A stretch of 32,000 bases of DNA from Candidatus Iainarchaeum sp. (GTDB taxonomy: Archaea; Iainarchaeota; Iainarchaeia; Iainarchaeales; 0-14-0-20-30-16). Under the pieces are notes generated by a model. It was not told the DNA's origin, made no database searches, and saw only the letters and a list, made by a program, of their open reading frames with translations. Where the stretch lies: NCBI GenBank assembly GCA_028710695.1, contig JAQTTP010000001.1, positions 60,001-92,000 of the forward strand. The letters are read 5' to 3'. Shown piece by piece: positions 15,902-25,269 of this stretch; position 1 is the first letter of the stretch; each line of letters opens with the position of its first letter. Both the position numbers and the translations under genes were made by a program.

Positions 15902-16873
15902 ATGGGAGACATAAAGAAAGTATCGGACTTGCCAGGAATTGGTCCTGCAGCAGAAGAAAAGTTATTTAAGGGTGGATACAAGACCATTGAGAGCATTGCA
16001 GTTGCATCTCCGCTTGAGCTAGTATCTGTTGCGGGCTTAGGTGAAACAACGGCAGCAAAAGCCATTGCAGCAGCAAGATCATCAATGGATATGGGCGTAA
16101 TAACTGCAGAAGAATTTTTAGAAAAAAGAAAAACAATCGGAAAAGTTACTTTAGGAAGTAAAGCAATTGATGAACTTCTTGGTGGGGGGCTAGAAACCCA
16201 AAGCATTACAGAAGTTTATGGTAAATATGGTACTGGAAAAACACAGTGGTGTTTTGAAATATGTGTTACCGCACAGCTTCCACAAGACAAAGGCGGACTA
16301 GAAGGAAATGTTTTCTATATTGATTCTGAGAATTCATTTAGGCCAGAGAGAGTAATAAAAATTGCAGAAAAATATGGCTTAGACCCAAAAGAAGTTTTGA
16401 AGAATATTTATGTTGCAAGAGCATATACTGCAGACCACCAGATGCTTTTGGCAGAAAAAGCAAAAGAAATTGTTAAAGAGAAAAAAATAAGAGTAATGAT
16501 AGTTGATTCTCTAACTGCACAATTTAGATCAGAATATATTGGCCGAGGATTATTGGCAGATAGGCAGCAAAAACTTAACACACATATGAGGACCCTGGCA
16601 AAGATTGCGGAATCCCACAATATTGCTGTGTTAGTTACAAACCAGGTAATGTCAAAGCCAGACCAGCTATTTGGAGACCCAACAGAACCAATTGGTGGAA
16701 ACATTGTTGGTCACGCATCAAAAACAAGATTGTACTTAAGAAAAAGTTCTGGTCAGACAAGAATTGCTAAGCTAGTTGATAGCCCATACCTTCCAGACGG
16801 AGAAGTAATTTATAGGGTTACTGACAACGGTATAGAAGACCAAACAGAAAAAGAAGAGAAATCAAAGAAATAA
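15902..16873 (+). CDS. radA: DNA repair and recombination protein RadA
   Basis: The HhH N-domain reads DLPGIGPAAEEKLFKGGYKTIESIAVASPLELVSVAGLGETTAAKAI. Walker A is GKYGTGKTQ, Walker B is VMIVDSL, and the L2 region is VTNQV. ATG 15902 after the SD is preferred over TTG 15881, which lies inside the palindrome. Confidence 0.95.
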   Translation: MGDIKKVSDLPGIGPAAEEKLFKGGYKTIESIAVASPLELVSVAGLGETTAAKAIAAARSSMDMGVITAEEFLEKRKTIGKVTLGSKAIDELLGGGLETQSITEVYGKYGTGKTQWCFEICVTAQLPQDKGGLEGNVFYIDSENSFRPERVIKIAEKYGLDPKEVLKNIYVARAYTADHQMLLAEKAKEIVKEKKIRVMIVDSLTAQFRSEYIGRGLLADRQQKLNTHMRTLAKIAESHNIAVLVTNQVMSKPDQLFGDPTEPIGGNIVGHASKTRLYLRKSSGQTRIAKLVDSPYLPDGEVIYRVTDNGIEDQTEKEEKSKK

Positions 16874-16916
16874 TTCTTTTTCTCCTTTTTTATTTTATCT
16901 TATTTAAGGCGGTAGT

Positions 16917-17492
16917 ATGAATGCAGTAATAATAGGTGCATCAGATAGATCAATACTTTGGAAAGAAGGGAAAATCAAAGAAGAAGATTACTCCCAATTT
17001 ATTTCTGATTATGCTAACCTGCTTTCAAAACATTTTGACAATCTAATTGTAACTCCTGATGACGGCATCTATTCAGACATTGCATTAGAATTCGGAAAAA
17101 TTAAAAACAAAAAGCCAATTGGATATTATCCAGATAAAGACGCTAACTTTGGAATAAAACATATTGAGCAAAACTTTTCTAAATATGACTTGAGACCAAT
17201 TGATGGTGATTGGTACAAGCTTGGTGCGGACCTAACAAAGCAAGCACCAATAGTTATTTGTGTTGGATTTACTCCAGGCTCTCTTATAGAGATTGCATAT
17301 TTAAAATATCATCAAAAATATGGTGCCTACAAAGACCCCGCACTCAAGAATATACATTTGTTTATAGACAAAAGAAGCATAGGGCAAAAGCTTCCTCCAA
17401 GTTTCCATGAACAAATAAACAACATTTTTTACTTTTCTTCTTTTAGTGATCTAGAAAAGTTAATAAAATCTGCAAAAGCAAAGTTAAGTTAG
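16917..17492 (+). CDS. Hypothetical protein, possible SLOG-superfamily (LOG/DprA-like) Rossmann fold
   Basis: The order of elements resembles SLOG proteins. It reads AVIIGASDRS (beta1-Gly loop), then YANLLSKHFDNLIVTPDDGIYSDIALEFG, then PIGYYP, then PIVICVGFTPGSLIEIAY (compare PGGxGTxxE / SGSLIT). This is pattern-level only. Confidence 0.35.
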   Translation: MNAVIIGASDRSILWKEGKIKEEDYSQFISDYANLLSKHFDNLIVTPDDGIYSDIALEFGKIKNKKPIGYYPDKDANFGIKHIEQNFSKYDLRPIDGDWYKLGADLTKQAPIVICVGFTPGSLIEIAYLKYHQKYGAYKDPALKNIHLFIDKRSIGQKLPPSFHEQINNIFYFSSFSDLEKLIKSAKAKLS

Positions 17493-17508
17493 AACAAAGG
17501 TGATAATT

Positions 17509-17835
17509 ATGGATAAAAAAATAATTTGGTTAACTGTTTTTACTGTTATATTATCTGCTCTTGCAGTAGCTTTCTTGTGGAAATATACTTGGGCCTTATT
17601 TGGGGTTTTATTAGTTATTGCAATTTACAATTTTGTTGTAAGCAAATCTATGCAAGAACTTAAACTGTTTATCTTTGGAGCAATTATCGGCCCAGTTTTT
17701 GAAATATTTGTAATTTCTTTTGGCGCTTGGACTTATCCCGCTCCAAACTTATATAATATCCCCGTATGGTTAGTTTTGTTATGGGGTTTAGCCACATTAG
17801 TACTAATAAGAGCAAAAGATTACTTCAAAAAGTGA
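17509..17835 (+). CDS. Small integral membrane protein (about 4 TM), function unknown
   Basis: There are four hydrophobic segments. The motif GPVFEIFVISFGAWTYP...IPVWLVLLWG is present. The SD AAGGTGA precedes ATG 17509, which lies 16 nt after the previous gene. Confidence 0.5.
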   Translation: MDKKIIWLTVFTVILSALAVAFLWKYTWALFGVLLVIAIYNFVVSKSMQELKLFIFGAIIGPVFEIFVISFGAWTYPAPNLYNIPVWLVLLWGLATLVLIRAKDYFKK

Positions 17836-17874
17836 GTAATTCTTTTTTTATTATCTTCTTTTCAAGATTATCTT

Positions 17875-20403
17875 ATGCTTAAATCCCTGTACCTGAAGAA
17901 CTGGAAAAGCCACAAGGAGACAAGAGTGGATCTTTCTAAGGGTGCCAATGTAATAGTTGGAACAATAGGTGCGGGAAAGACAAGCATAGTAGAAGGTATT
18001 GCTTTTTCTCTTTTTGGAACAACCCAATCTGTGATCTCAAAAGGCATTTCTGTAAAAGATCTAATTATGCAAAAGCCAAACAAAGAAGACAATGCGGAAG
18101 TTATTCTTGAAATCGAAATGGAAAACAATCTCTACAAAATAGAGCGCCAGATATTTGAAAACAAAAGTTCTCAAGCAAGAATTTATTGTAATGACTTGTT
18201 AGTTGCTGGCCCAAAGCCCCAAGACGTAAATAAGAAAATAGAAGAATTATTTTTTGTGAATTTTGACTTGTTTATGCGTGCAAATTATTCTGAGCAGAAT
18301 CAGCTTGATTTTTTTGTAAAGCTTCAACCAAGAGAAAGAAAAACAATATTTGACAGTATCTTAGGCATTGATGTTTTTGACAATATAGAACGAAACTCAA
18401 AGCAAGTGCTAAATAGATTAAAAGATAAGTTGGATTTAGAAAAAACAAATTATGAACAAAACGGAAAGACCTTGGAATCATTTAATTATTCTACTTTACA
18501 AAACACAAAAAAAGAATTGGAAAATTTAATTGCAGAAACAGAATTGAATTTGAAAGCTCTGCTTACTGAATCTGAAAAAATGAAAACAGATCTTTTTGAA
18601 TTGAAAAAAAACCAAGATAGATACGACTCGATAACGGACAAGCTGTTTGTTTTTGATGGCCAAATATTAAATTTATCCTCATTCATAAAAGACAAAAAAT
18701 ACCTTTCAGAAGATCCTCTCGCAGATCTTGAAAAACAGAACAATCTCGCAAAAAAACAATTTGAAGAGCTATCTAAAGCCCATAAAGAAAAACAAAACCT
18801 TTTAGCAGAAATTTCTTTGCTAAAAAAACAAGAACTTGAACTTAACTTAAAGTTGAAAGACTATGAATTGAAAAACCTTGATGAAATAAAAAAAGATTAT
18901 GAATTAATTTCTGTTGAAAAGCAAGAGGCAGAACAAGCCCAAACAAAACACAAGTCAGAAATAGAACTAAAAAGACAGAAATTATTTTTTGAGCAAGAGG
19001 AATATAGCAAAGCAAAACCAATTTTGGAAAAACTAAGATCCCTTAGTAATATAGAGAAAGAATATTCTGTTCTTGTGCAATCAATAGAACAAGACAAAAA
19101 CCAAGAAATTGCTTTATCTGAGAAAATAAGTTCCATAGAAACTGAGTTGTCAATTTTAGAAAAAGGAGAAAAAGATTGCCCTCTCTGTGGTTCAGAATTA
19201 GACGAAACACATTTGAAAAAAGTGCGGGCTGCAAAGAACGAATTAAAAGTAGGTTTTGAAAACGATTTGAAGAAAATAAAAGAGAAACAAACCAATAATA
19301 AAAAAGAGTTCGGCCAAATAGAAAAAAAGTATTTGTATTTTATTGAAAATAAGTCATATCTTTCAAAAGACTATTCATCAACTGATTCTGACAAAAAAGA
19401 ATTGGACGTCTTGTTAGAACAGTTTTCAAAACAAGAGCAAAAATATTTGGAATTAAACAAAAAATATGAAAAAATAAAGAAAGAATATGAGGCATCAAGT
19501 AATTATTATTTTATTTCAGAACAGCTAAAGTCAATAATTAGTAAAAAAGAGCTAAATGAAAAACTTTTTGGCGGCTTTAATGTTGACGATGAATTGCTAA
19601 AGCAAAAAGAAGAAACTCAAAAAAGCTTGGAGAAACAAATAGAATACAAAAAACATCAGCAAGAACTAGAACTTTTACAAAAACAAAAAGAAATATTGCA
19701 AAAAGAAAAAGAAAGTATAAAGTTCACAAAAAAAGATTTAGAATCATTGCAAACAAAGTATTATGATAATCTTGCCAAGATAAGTTCAATTACAGAAATT
19801 GTGGCAAATAAAAAAGAAAGCCTTGTAGAACTTGTTAAACAGGAAAAAATAATTATCGAATTTAAAGAAAGATTAAATCTTTCTAAATCGAAAATGGAAA
19901 AATACTCTTTAGTTACTGAAGATATGTCTTTGTTTAACACAGTTGCAAAAAAGACACAAGAAGATTTGAGAAAAAGAATTATCGAAAAAATAAATATAAT
20001 CTTTTCTGAGCTTTGGAACCAATTGTATCCTTACACCGATTTCAAAAAAGTAGAAATAAGTGTAAAAGATGGGGATTATAAGATCGAAATTTATTTTAAC
20101 AATTACAAAAGAGATTTGGATTCATTTGTTAGTGGCGGAGAACGGTCTCTAATTGCTTTGTGTTTGCGTGTAGCAATAAGTTTAGCTATGCAAAACAAAT
20201 TAGATTTAATTATCTTGGACGAACCAACCCACAATCTAGACAAGAACTCAATCCAATCTTTGTCAACAATGATAAATGAAATGCTTCCAAAGTATATTGG
20301 CCAAATTGTAGTTATAACCCATGATGAATTATTAAGTTCTTATTCAAATAATGTTCTTGCAGTAAAAAGAAACAAAGAATTAGATTCTGCAAGTAGTGTT
20401 TAA
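17875..20403 (+). CDS. rad50: Rad50-type SMC-like DNA double-strand break repair ATPase
   Basis: Walker A is GTIGAGKTS. Long coiled coils are present. The central zinc hook CPLC lies at 19177-19188. The signature motif is SGGERSL, Walker B is LIILDEPTHNLD, and the H-loop is VVITHD. Confidence 0.9.
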   Translation: MLKSLYLKNWKSHKETRVDLSKGANVIVGTIGAGKTSIVEGIAFSLFGTTQSVISKGISVKDLIMQKPNKEDNAEVILEIEMENNLYKIERQIFENKSSQARIYCNDLLVAGPKPQDVNKKIEELFFVNFDLFMRANYSEQNQLDFFVKLQPRERKTIFDSILGIDVFDNIERNSKQVLNRLKDKLDLEKTNYEQNGKTLESFNYSTLQNTKKELENLIAETELNLKALLTESEKMKTDLFELKKNQDRYDSITDKLFVFDGQILNLSSFIKDKKYLSEDPLADLEKQNNLAKKQFEELSKAHKEKQNLLAEISLLKKQELELNLKLKDYELKNLDEIKKDYELISVEKQEAEQAQTKHKSEIELKRQKLFFEQEEYSKAKPILEKLRSLSNIEKEYSVLVQSIEQDKNQEIALSEKISSIETELSILEKGEKDCPLCGSELDETHLKKVRAAKNELKVGFENDLKKIKEKQTNNKKEFGQIEKKYLYFIENKSYLSKDYSSTDSDKKELDVLLEQFSKQEQKYLELNKKYEKIKKEYEASSNYYFISEQLKSIISKKELNEKLFGGFNVDDELLKQKEETQKSLEKQIEYKKHQQELELLQKQKEILQKEKESIKFTKKDLESLQTKYYDNLAKISSITEIVANKKESLVELVKQEKIIIEFKERLNLSKSKMEKYSLVTEDMSLFNTVAKKTQEDLRKRIIEKINIIFSELWNQLYPYTDFKKVEISVKDGDYKIEIYFNNYKRDLDSFVSGGERSLIALCLRVAISLAMQNKLDLIILDEPTHNLDKNSIQSLSTMINEMLPKYIGQIVVITHDELLSSYSNNVLAVKRNKELDSASSV

Positions 20404-20419
20404 ATTTGAGGTGTTGAGA

Positions 20420-20557
20420 ATGGAATGTAAGAAAGAAGAAAACAAAAAGAATTGTACTTGTCCAAAAAAAGATTGTGTAAGGAATGGGCTTTGCTGTGAT
20501 TGTGTAGAATATCATAGATCACAAGGGAATCTTCCAAATTGTCTGCGGGCTAAATAA
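20420..20557 (+). CDS. Small cysteine-rich protein (45 aa)
   Basis: This gene is not in the ORF track. My translation is MECKKEENKKNCTCPKKDCVRNGLCCDCVEYHRSQGNLPNCLRAK*, with 8 Cys and 1 His. The SD GAGGTG (20408-20413) lies 6 nt upstream of the ATG. From memory it resembles the small C-x-C...CC-x-C..YH...LP-x-C family annotated as DUF6485. Confidence 0.55.
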   Translation: MECKKEENKKNCTCPKKDCVRNGLCCDCVEYHRSQGNLPNCLRAK

Positions 20558-21707
20558 AGAATATCAACACGGGCACAATAATCCCGGCCATAAGCAGGGT
20601 TCGAGAGTTATTTGATACAATACAAATATACCCTGTTAGTCCGCATAAAACAAAGATGAAAATCCCGAACAAGTTTGTTGATATTGCTGCCAGCACGAAC
20701 AAAATAACTGGAATCACAAATTTTATTTTGTTTCCAATCTTATTTCCAAGCCTGACAAACAATTTTCCGATATAATATGTGATAATTACTCCTGCAATAA
20801 CAAAAATAATTGTAAGTAAATAAGTGTAATACCACGGAACATTTAATGGCAGATAATATGCAGTTCCAGTTCTTGCTTTACCCGTAAAATAAATATTTAC
20901 AAAAGAAAGTAGCATTACACAAACCCCTACACCCCCAATTATCTGTAAATAATCAGTTTTTTCTTTGAACAACTTTAATTCTTTACCTAAAAAAGCAGCG
21001 AATCCACTTCCAAGTCCGGGAAAAAATGTTACCAGCAAAGAAAGAAAGTTTGCAATGATTCCGTTTTTTATTAGCCCCGGGGCTTTTTCTGTTTTATCAC
21101 TTTGTTTTATCCATTCTGTTTTATAATAAAATAATGTTATTGCGGAAGACAACCCAAATAAGCCTCCAACCAAAACAAATAAAGGATTAGAAACGATTTC
21201 TGTAGTTAAACAAACATATCCCAAACAAGAAGCAAGAATCACAACAACAATTGAATAGATGTTTTTTGTTTTCTTAATTACTAAAAATAAAAAGCACAAA
21301 CTCAAAACAGGCACGATAATGTAAGGATAAAACGAAATAATTTTTTTAGAATAGAAAATAATTAACACAACAAAAGGCAAACTAAACACTGCAGAAACTA
21401 AAATTGCTTTTAGAGTTATCACTAGTGCGGCGAATGCTTTCCCTTTTTTAAAATATTCTTGCCCAGGCAAAACAGAAAGATAGTTTGCATCTGTTGGAAC
21501 CATAAAAAAATATGCAGGAATAAAAGATAAGCAAACATACAAAACAGAACTCAAAAGCACACAGAAATAAAGTTCTTGAGAGCCAAGCAAGCTAGAAACA
21601 AAAGGCATAATTTGGTTTATGTGCAAAGATGGAATCAATCCACTTAGGAATCCAAAAAGAGTACCAAATCCAATTCCACTTAAGGCATTAATTAGCTCAA
21701 AAACCAT
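20550..21707 (-). CDS. Polytopic membrane protein, TctA/DUF112-like putative transporter
   Basis: It is 385 aa with about 10 TM segments. Gly-rich motifs recur: GTLFGFLSGLIPSLHIN near the N-terminus and FFPGLGSGFAAFLG in the second half, as in the DUF112 (COG1784) family. Confidence 0.45.
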   Translation of the reverse strand: MVFELINALSGIGFGTLFGFLSGLIPSLHINQIMPFVSSLLGSQELYFCVLLSSVLYVCLSFIPAYFFMVPTDANYLSVLPGQEYFKKGKAFAALVITLKAILVSAVFSLPFVVLIIFYSKKIISFYPYIIVPVLSLCFLFLVIKKTKNIYSIVVVILASCLGYVCLTTEIVSNPLFVLVGGLFGLSSAITLFYYKTEWIKQSDKTEKAPGLIKNGIIANFLSLLVTFFPGLGSGFAAFLGKELKLFKEKTDYLQIIGGVGVCVMLLSFVNIYFTGKARTGTAYYLPLNVPWYYTYLLTIIFVIAGVIITYYIGKLFVRLGNKIGNKIKFVIPVILFVLAAISTNLFGIFIFVLCGLTGYICIVSNNSRTLLMAGIIVPVLIFFI

Positions 21708-21762
21708 TGCTTTATAATAACAAAAACCATAATTATATAGTTTCTGGTAGTTTGGTGATTAG

Positions 21763-23013
21763 ATGATAGTTTACGCAGATTTACACTTACATGGCCCTAA
21801 TGCTGGCGGAACAAGCAAGAATCTAAGTATTGAATTGATTGCCAAGTATTCAAAACTTAAAGGCCTAAACTTAACTGCATCAGGAGATATCCTGAACAAA
21901 GAATGGCTTGATATGGTTCGGAATTCAGTTGTTCTAGATAATGGTTCATTTTATCACGATGTTAATGGCGAAAAACAGCATATTATGTTACAAACAGAAA
22001 TAGAAACTGCTGGCAGAGTCCACCACATTTTATTATTCCCTGATTTTGAAACTGTTGAAAATGTAAGATCAATCTTAGGAAAGTACGCAAAGTTAGATGG
22101 CTATATGAACGGCAGACCAAGAATTGCTTTACCCGCAAAAGAAACATTTAAACTTTTGGCAAATGAAGAAATAATCTTTGGACCTGCACATGCATTTACC
22201 CCTTATTTTTCAATATATGCACATTATAATTCCTTAAAAGAAGCTTATGGGGATTTATTGGACAGAGTAGCATTTATGGAATTGGGCTTAAGTGCGGATT
22301 CTTATGGTGCAAACAATATTGCAGAACTAAAAAATATACCATTTTTAAGTAATAGTGATGCACACTCTTTTTGGCCACATAGAATGGGCAGGGAATTTAA
22401 CAAATTTGAATTATCAAACCCAAATTACAAAGGCCTTAAAGATGGTTTAAAGTTTTGGGAAGAAAAGCACCTTTTGAATGTTGGTTTGAATCCACAAGAA
22501 GGAATGTATAACAGGACGGCATGTAATTCTTGTTACAAAATTTATTCTTTAAAACAGGCAGTAGAAAACAATTGGAAATGTGATTGTGGAAAACCAATAA
22601 AAAAAGGAGTTTCAGAAAGAATAGAAGAACTTTCAAGTCCAAATCAAGAATACACTCGTGCAAAATACGTACACTCTCTTCCATTGGCAGAAATAATACA
22701 GCTTGCATTGAAATCGAAAAATGTATTTTCTGTGCAAGTTCAAAGTTTGTGGGAAAAGTTTGTTAATACAATTGGCACAGAAATTGACGTTCTGTTAAAT
22801 GCAAAAGATGAAACTCTTTTATCAATAGATGAGAATATTGCAAAATACATTATTGCATTTAGAAAAGGATATGTAGTTTACAAGCCCGGTGGTGGCGGAT
22901 CATATGGTGTGCCTTACATTACATTTTCAGAAGCTGAAAAAGTGGCAAAACAAAAAGAAATAGATGCAGAGATTTCTGGAAAGGCCAAACAGATCCAAAA
23001 GAAATTATTTTAG
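21763..23013 (+). CDS. Endonuclease Q (EndoQ; PHP-domain nuclease with zinc ribbon, TIGR00375/COG1379 family)
   Basis: The PHP start is YADLHLHG. The following motifs match my recollection of the Pyrococcus EndoQ sequence: RVHHILLFP, GPAHAFTP, MELGLSADS, LSNSDAHS, GREFN, zinc ribbon CNSC...WKCDCGKPIKKGVSERIEEL, PLAEII and KPGGGGSYG. Confidence 0.8.
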   Translation: MIVYADLHLHGPNAGGTSKNLSIELIAKYSKLKGLNLTASGDILNKEWLDMVRNSVVLDNGSFYHDVNGEKQHIMLQTEIETAGRVHHILLFPDFETVENVRSILGKYAKLDGYMNGRPRIALPAKETFKLLANEEIIFGPAHAFTPYFSIYAHYNSLKEAYGDLLDRVAFMELGLSADSYGANNIAELKNIPFLSNSDAHSFWPHRMGREFNKFELSNPNYKGLKDGLKFWEEKHLLNVGLNPQEGMYNRTACNSCYKIYSLKQAVENNWKCDCGKPIKKGVSERIEELSSPNQEYTRAKYVHSLPLAEIIQLALKSKNVFSVQVQSLWEKFVNTIGTEIDVLLNAKDETLLSIDENIAKYIIAFRKGYVVYKPGGGGSYGVPYITFSEAEKVAKQKEIDAEISGKAKQIQKKLF

Positions 23014-23553
23014 CGGAAAAGATCTAACCCGCCTATAAATTGTACCATTCTCGGAAATTACACTTTCATACAAAACTACATTGTCTACTTGCATCTTGCC
23101 AAAATCAAGATTAGAAAGTTCAGAAATTAATTCTGCTAACTTGTCTGGATTTAATAAGTATTTAGTTCTTGCAAAAGTTATATGTGGGACTATTTTTTTG
23201 TAATCTTCTTTTTTTATATTGTCAAATTCTGCCCGAAAGCTACGTGTTAAGTCTATTAGCCCTTTGCCTTTTGCCCCAAGCCATAGAACCCTTGGATTTT
23301 TTAAATCTGGAAAAAGCCCAGCCCCCTCGGCCAACGCCTTGAAGCTTTTTGTATTCCCAACAGCTTTTTCAACTCTTTTTTCTATATTGGATAGCCTAAG
23401 CGGGTTTATTTCCCCTAGAAATTTGACAGTTATATGCATGTTTTCATATGGGCTAAAGTTCAAGTTTGGGAATTTTTTCTTTTTTGGTTCAAGCGTTTCA
23501 TAGATTTTTTCTTTAATTTCATCAGAAATTGGGATTCCCACAAACAATCGCAT
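23005..23553 (-). CDS. thpR: RNA 2',3'-cyclic phosphodiesterase / 2'-5' RNA ligase family (ThpR/LigT, 2H phosphoesterase)
   Basis: Two H-x-T/S motifs are present in the correct contexts, HITVKFLGE and PHITFAR. The 182-aa size fits, and the protein starts MRLFVGIP. Confidence 0.85.
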   Translation of the reverse strand: MRLFVGIPISDEIKEKIYETLEPKKKKFPNLNFSPYENMHITVKFLGEINPLRLSNIEKRVEKAVGNTKSFKALAEGAGLFPDLKNPRVLWLGAKGKGLIDLTRSFRAEFDNIKKEDYKKIVPHITFARTKYLLNPDKLAELISELSNLDFGKMQVDNVVLYESVISENGTIYRRVRSFPLK

Positions 23554-23619
23554 AATAGAACTTAAAATGAAAAATATAAATACTTTTACTTCTTATACAT
23601 ATAGATTTATGGGGTGTTT

Positions 23620-24114
23620 ATGATGTTAAATTTACTTTTTTGGAAAAAAGGCTCAAAGGGACAAGGTGCCTTAGAGTATCTATTAATCATTGGTGCGGCA
23701 ATTCTGATTGCAGCAATAGTAGTGACAATCTTGGTAAAAACCACAAAAACCACAGAAGGATCTGTGGACAAGGTTTACGGGGATTTTAACAAAGTTGTTA
23801 GCGATATAAACTTAGATACCGATATTAATACGGGAGAAGTAAATACGCCAGTAGGTTGTGATGCGGATTGTATTTCAGAAAAGTTTAAAGGCTGTATTCC
23901 AGCAGAACACACAGATCAAACCGGGGACGGGTACGATATAACAATTTATGGTTTAGAACCAGTGACTGATGACCCACCCTATGAAGAAGATGAACTGTGG
24001 TGTAAAATAAACGTTTATAAAGAATCCGAATTAGACACTAACTGTATTATTCCAGAATATTGGTTATATAATGAATTAACAACTGCGATAATAGAACACT
24101 GTGATTTGGGCTAG
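23620..24114 (+). CDS. Archaeal type IV pilin-like protein with class III signal peptide
   Basis: KKGSKG/QGALEYLLIIGAAILIAAIVVTILV has a basic stretch, a G-Q cleavage context, Glu at +5 and a hydrophobic helix. The C-terminal domain is acidic and globular with 6 Cys. The SD GGGGTG lies upstream, and the start is ATG 23620 or 23623. Confidence 0.7.
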   Translation: MMLNLLFWKKGSKGQGALEYLLIIGAAILIAAIVVTILVKTTKTTEGSVDKVYGDFNKVVSDINLDTDINTGEVNTPVGCDADCISEKFKGCIPAEHTDQTGDGYDITIYGLEPVTDDPPYEEDELWCKINVYKESELDTNCIIPEYWLYNELTTAIIEHCDLG

Positions 24115-24219
24115 GCAAATCCGCCCCCCTTCATTCTTTATTTTATATAACATATAAAAACATTATCATACATTTAATATTCAACAATTAAGAGAAAGTC
24201 TTATTTTGGACGTGATTTA

Positions 24220-25260
24220 ATGGCCTTCATAGATAGTTTATTTGAACATAAGAAATACTTATATCTTTTGATAATTCCTGCAATCATATTTGTGATTGCA
24301 ATCATATCTACCTTCTTTGTGCCTACAAGCATAGATTTGAAGGGTGGAGTTCTAATAATAATGCAAACAGACCAGGATGTAACCCCTAAGGCCCTTGAGG
24401 AAGCCATATCTTCCAAATTTGGAATAAATGAGGTTAAAGTTACTGTAACCCAAGGAATTGGCCTTAAGGGTGTTCAGGTACAATACCTTCAGGCGAAAGA
24501 TGTAATGGATCTTGATGCATTGATAAAGAGCATTGAATCTACTTCAGAAAACGATGTTGAGCTGGCAAAGACCCAGGCATTAAAATATTTAACTGAAAAC
24601 AACATACAAGTTGAAAAGAAAGAATTAACTGATTTGCTTAATGCTATGAAGCAAGAATATAACAACAAAAAGAACGTAACAATAAGCGATATATCTTCAT
24701 TTTTAGTATCTGATTATGGTGCAAAAGCAGAAACTGCACAAATTAAAGAGATTGCCCCTACTTTGGGAGCTACTTTTTATAAAACAGCAATAAATGTTGG
24801 AATCACTGCACTAGTTTTGATTGCGATAGTGGTATTTTTATTTTTTAGAAAGCCAATACCTTGTTTTGCAGTTATTTTATCTGCGATTTTAGATTTATTT
24901 GGTGGGTTATTGGGTATGGCAATATTTGGAATACCCTTATCATTGGTAACTATTCCTGCATTGCTTATGTTAGTTGGTTATTCAATTGACACAGATGTAA
25001 TGCTTACAGCAAAACTATTGAAACAGCAAGGCGGAAGCGTAAAAGAAAAAACTTTGTCAGCTTTGAAAACAGGTTTAACTATGACTTTAACATCATTTGC
25101 TGCTGTTGTAGTAATGGCAATAGTTGCATATGTAATGAACATAACTGTATTGTACGACATGTCAATCGTATTATCTTTTGGATTATTAGTTGATATAATC
25201 TCAACATGGCTAATGAATGCCCCAATTTTATTGTGGTATGTTGAGCACAAGAGTAAATGA
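24220..25260 (+). CDS. secF: Protein-export membrane protein SecF
   Basis: It has an N-terminal TM, an extracytoplasmic domain of about 150 aa and a C-terminal bundle of 5 TM segments. The SecF-type motif VGYSIDTDVMLTAKLL is present. It lies directly upstream of secD. Confidence 0.85.
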   Translation: MAFIDSLFEHKKYLYLLIIPAIIFVIAIISTFFVPTSIDLKGGVLIIMQTDQDVTPKALEEAISSKFGINEVKVTVTQGIGLKGVQVQYLQAKDVMDLDALIKSIESTSENDVELAKTQALKYLTENNIQVEKKELTDLLNAMKQEYNNKKNVTISDISSFLVSDYGAKAETAQIKEIAPTLGATFYKTAINVGITALVLIAIVVFLFFRKPIPCFAVILSAILDLFGGLLGMAIFGIPLSLVTIPALLMLVGYSIDTDVMLTAKLLKQQGGSVKEKTLSALKTGLTMTLTSFAAVVVMAIVAYVMNITVLYDMSIVLSFGLLVDIISTWLMNAPILLWYVEHKSK

Positions 25261-25269
25261 GGGATCTGA

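Noticed and set aside
15805-16206. A 133-aa minus-strand ORF overlaps the radA 5' region.
   Set aside because: It is antisense to radA, which has unmistakable motifs. The ORF also spans the intergenic palindrome and has no SD or recognisable features.
16917-17492. The missing Mre11 partner of Rad50.
   Set aside because: At 191 aa it is too short and lacks all calcineurin-like phosphoesterase motifs (D-x-H, GD-x-x-D, GNHD/E, and so on).
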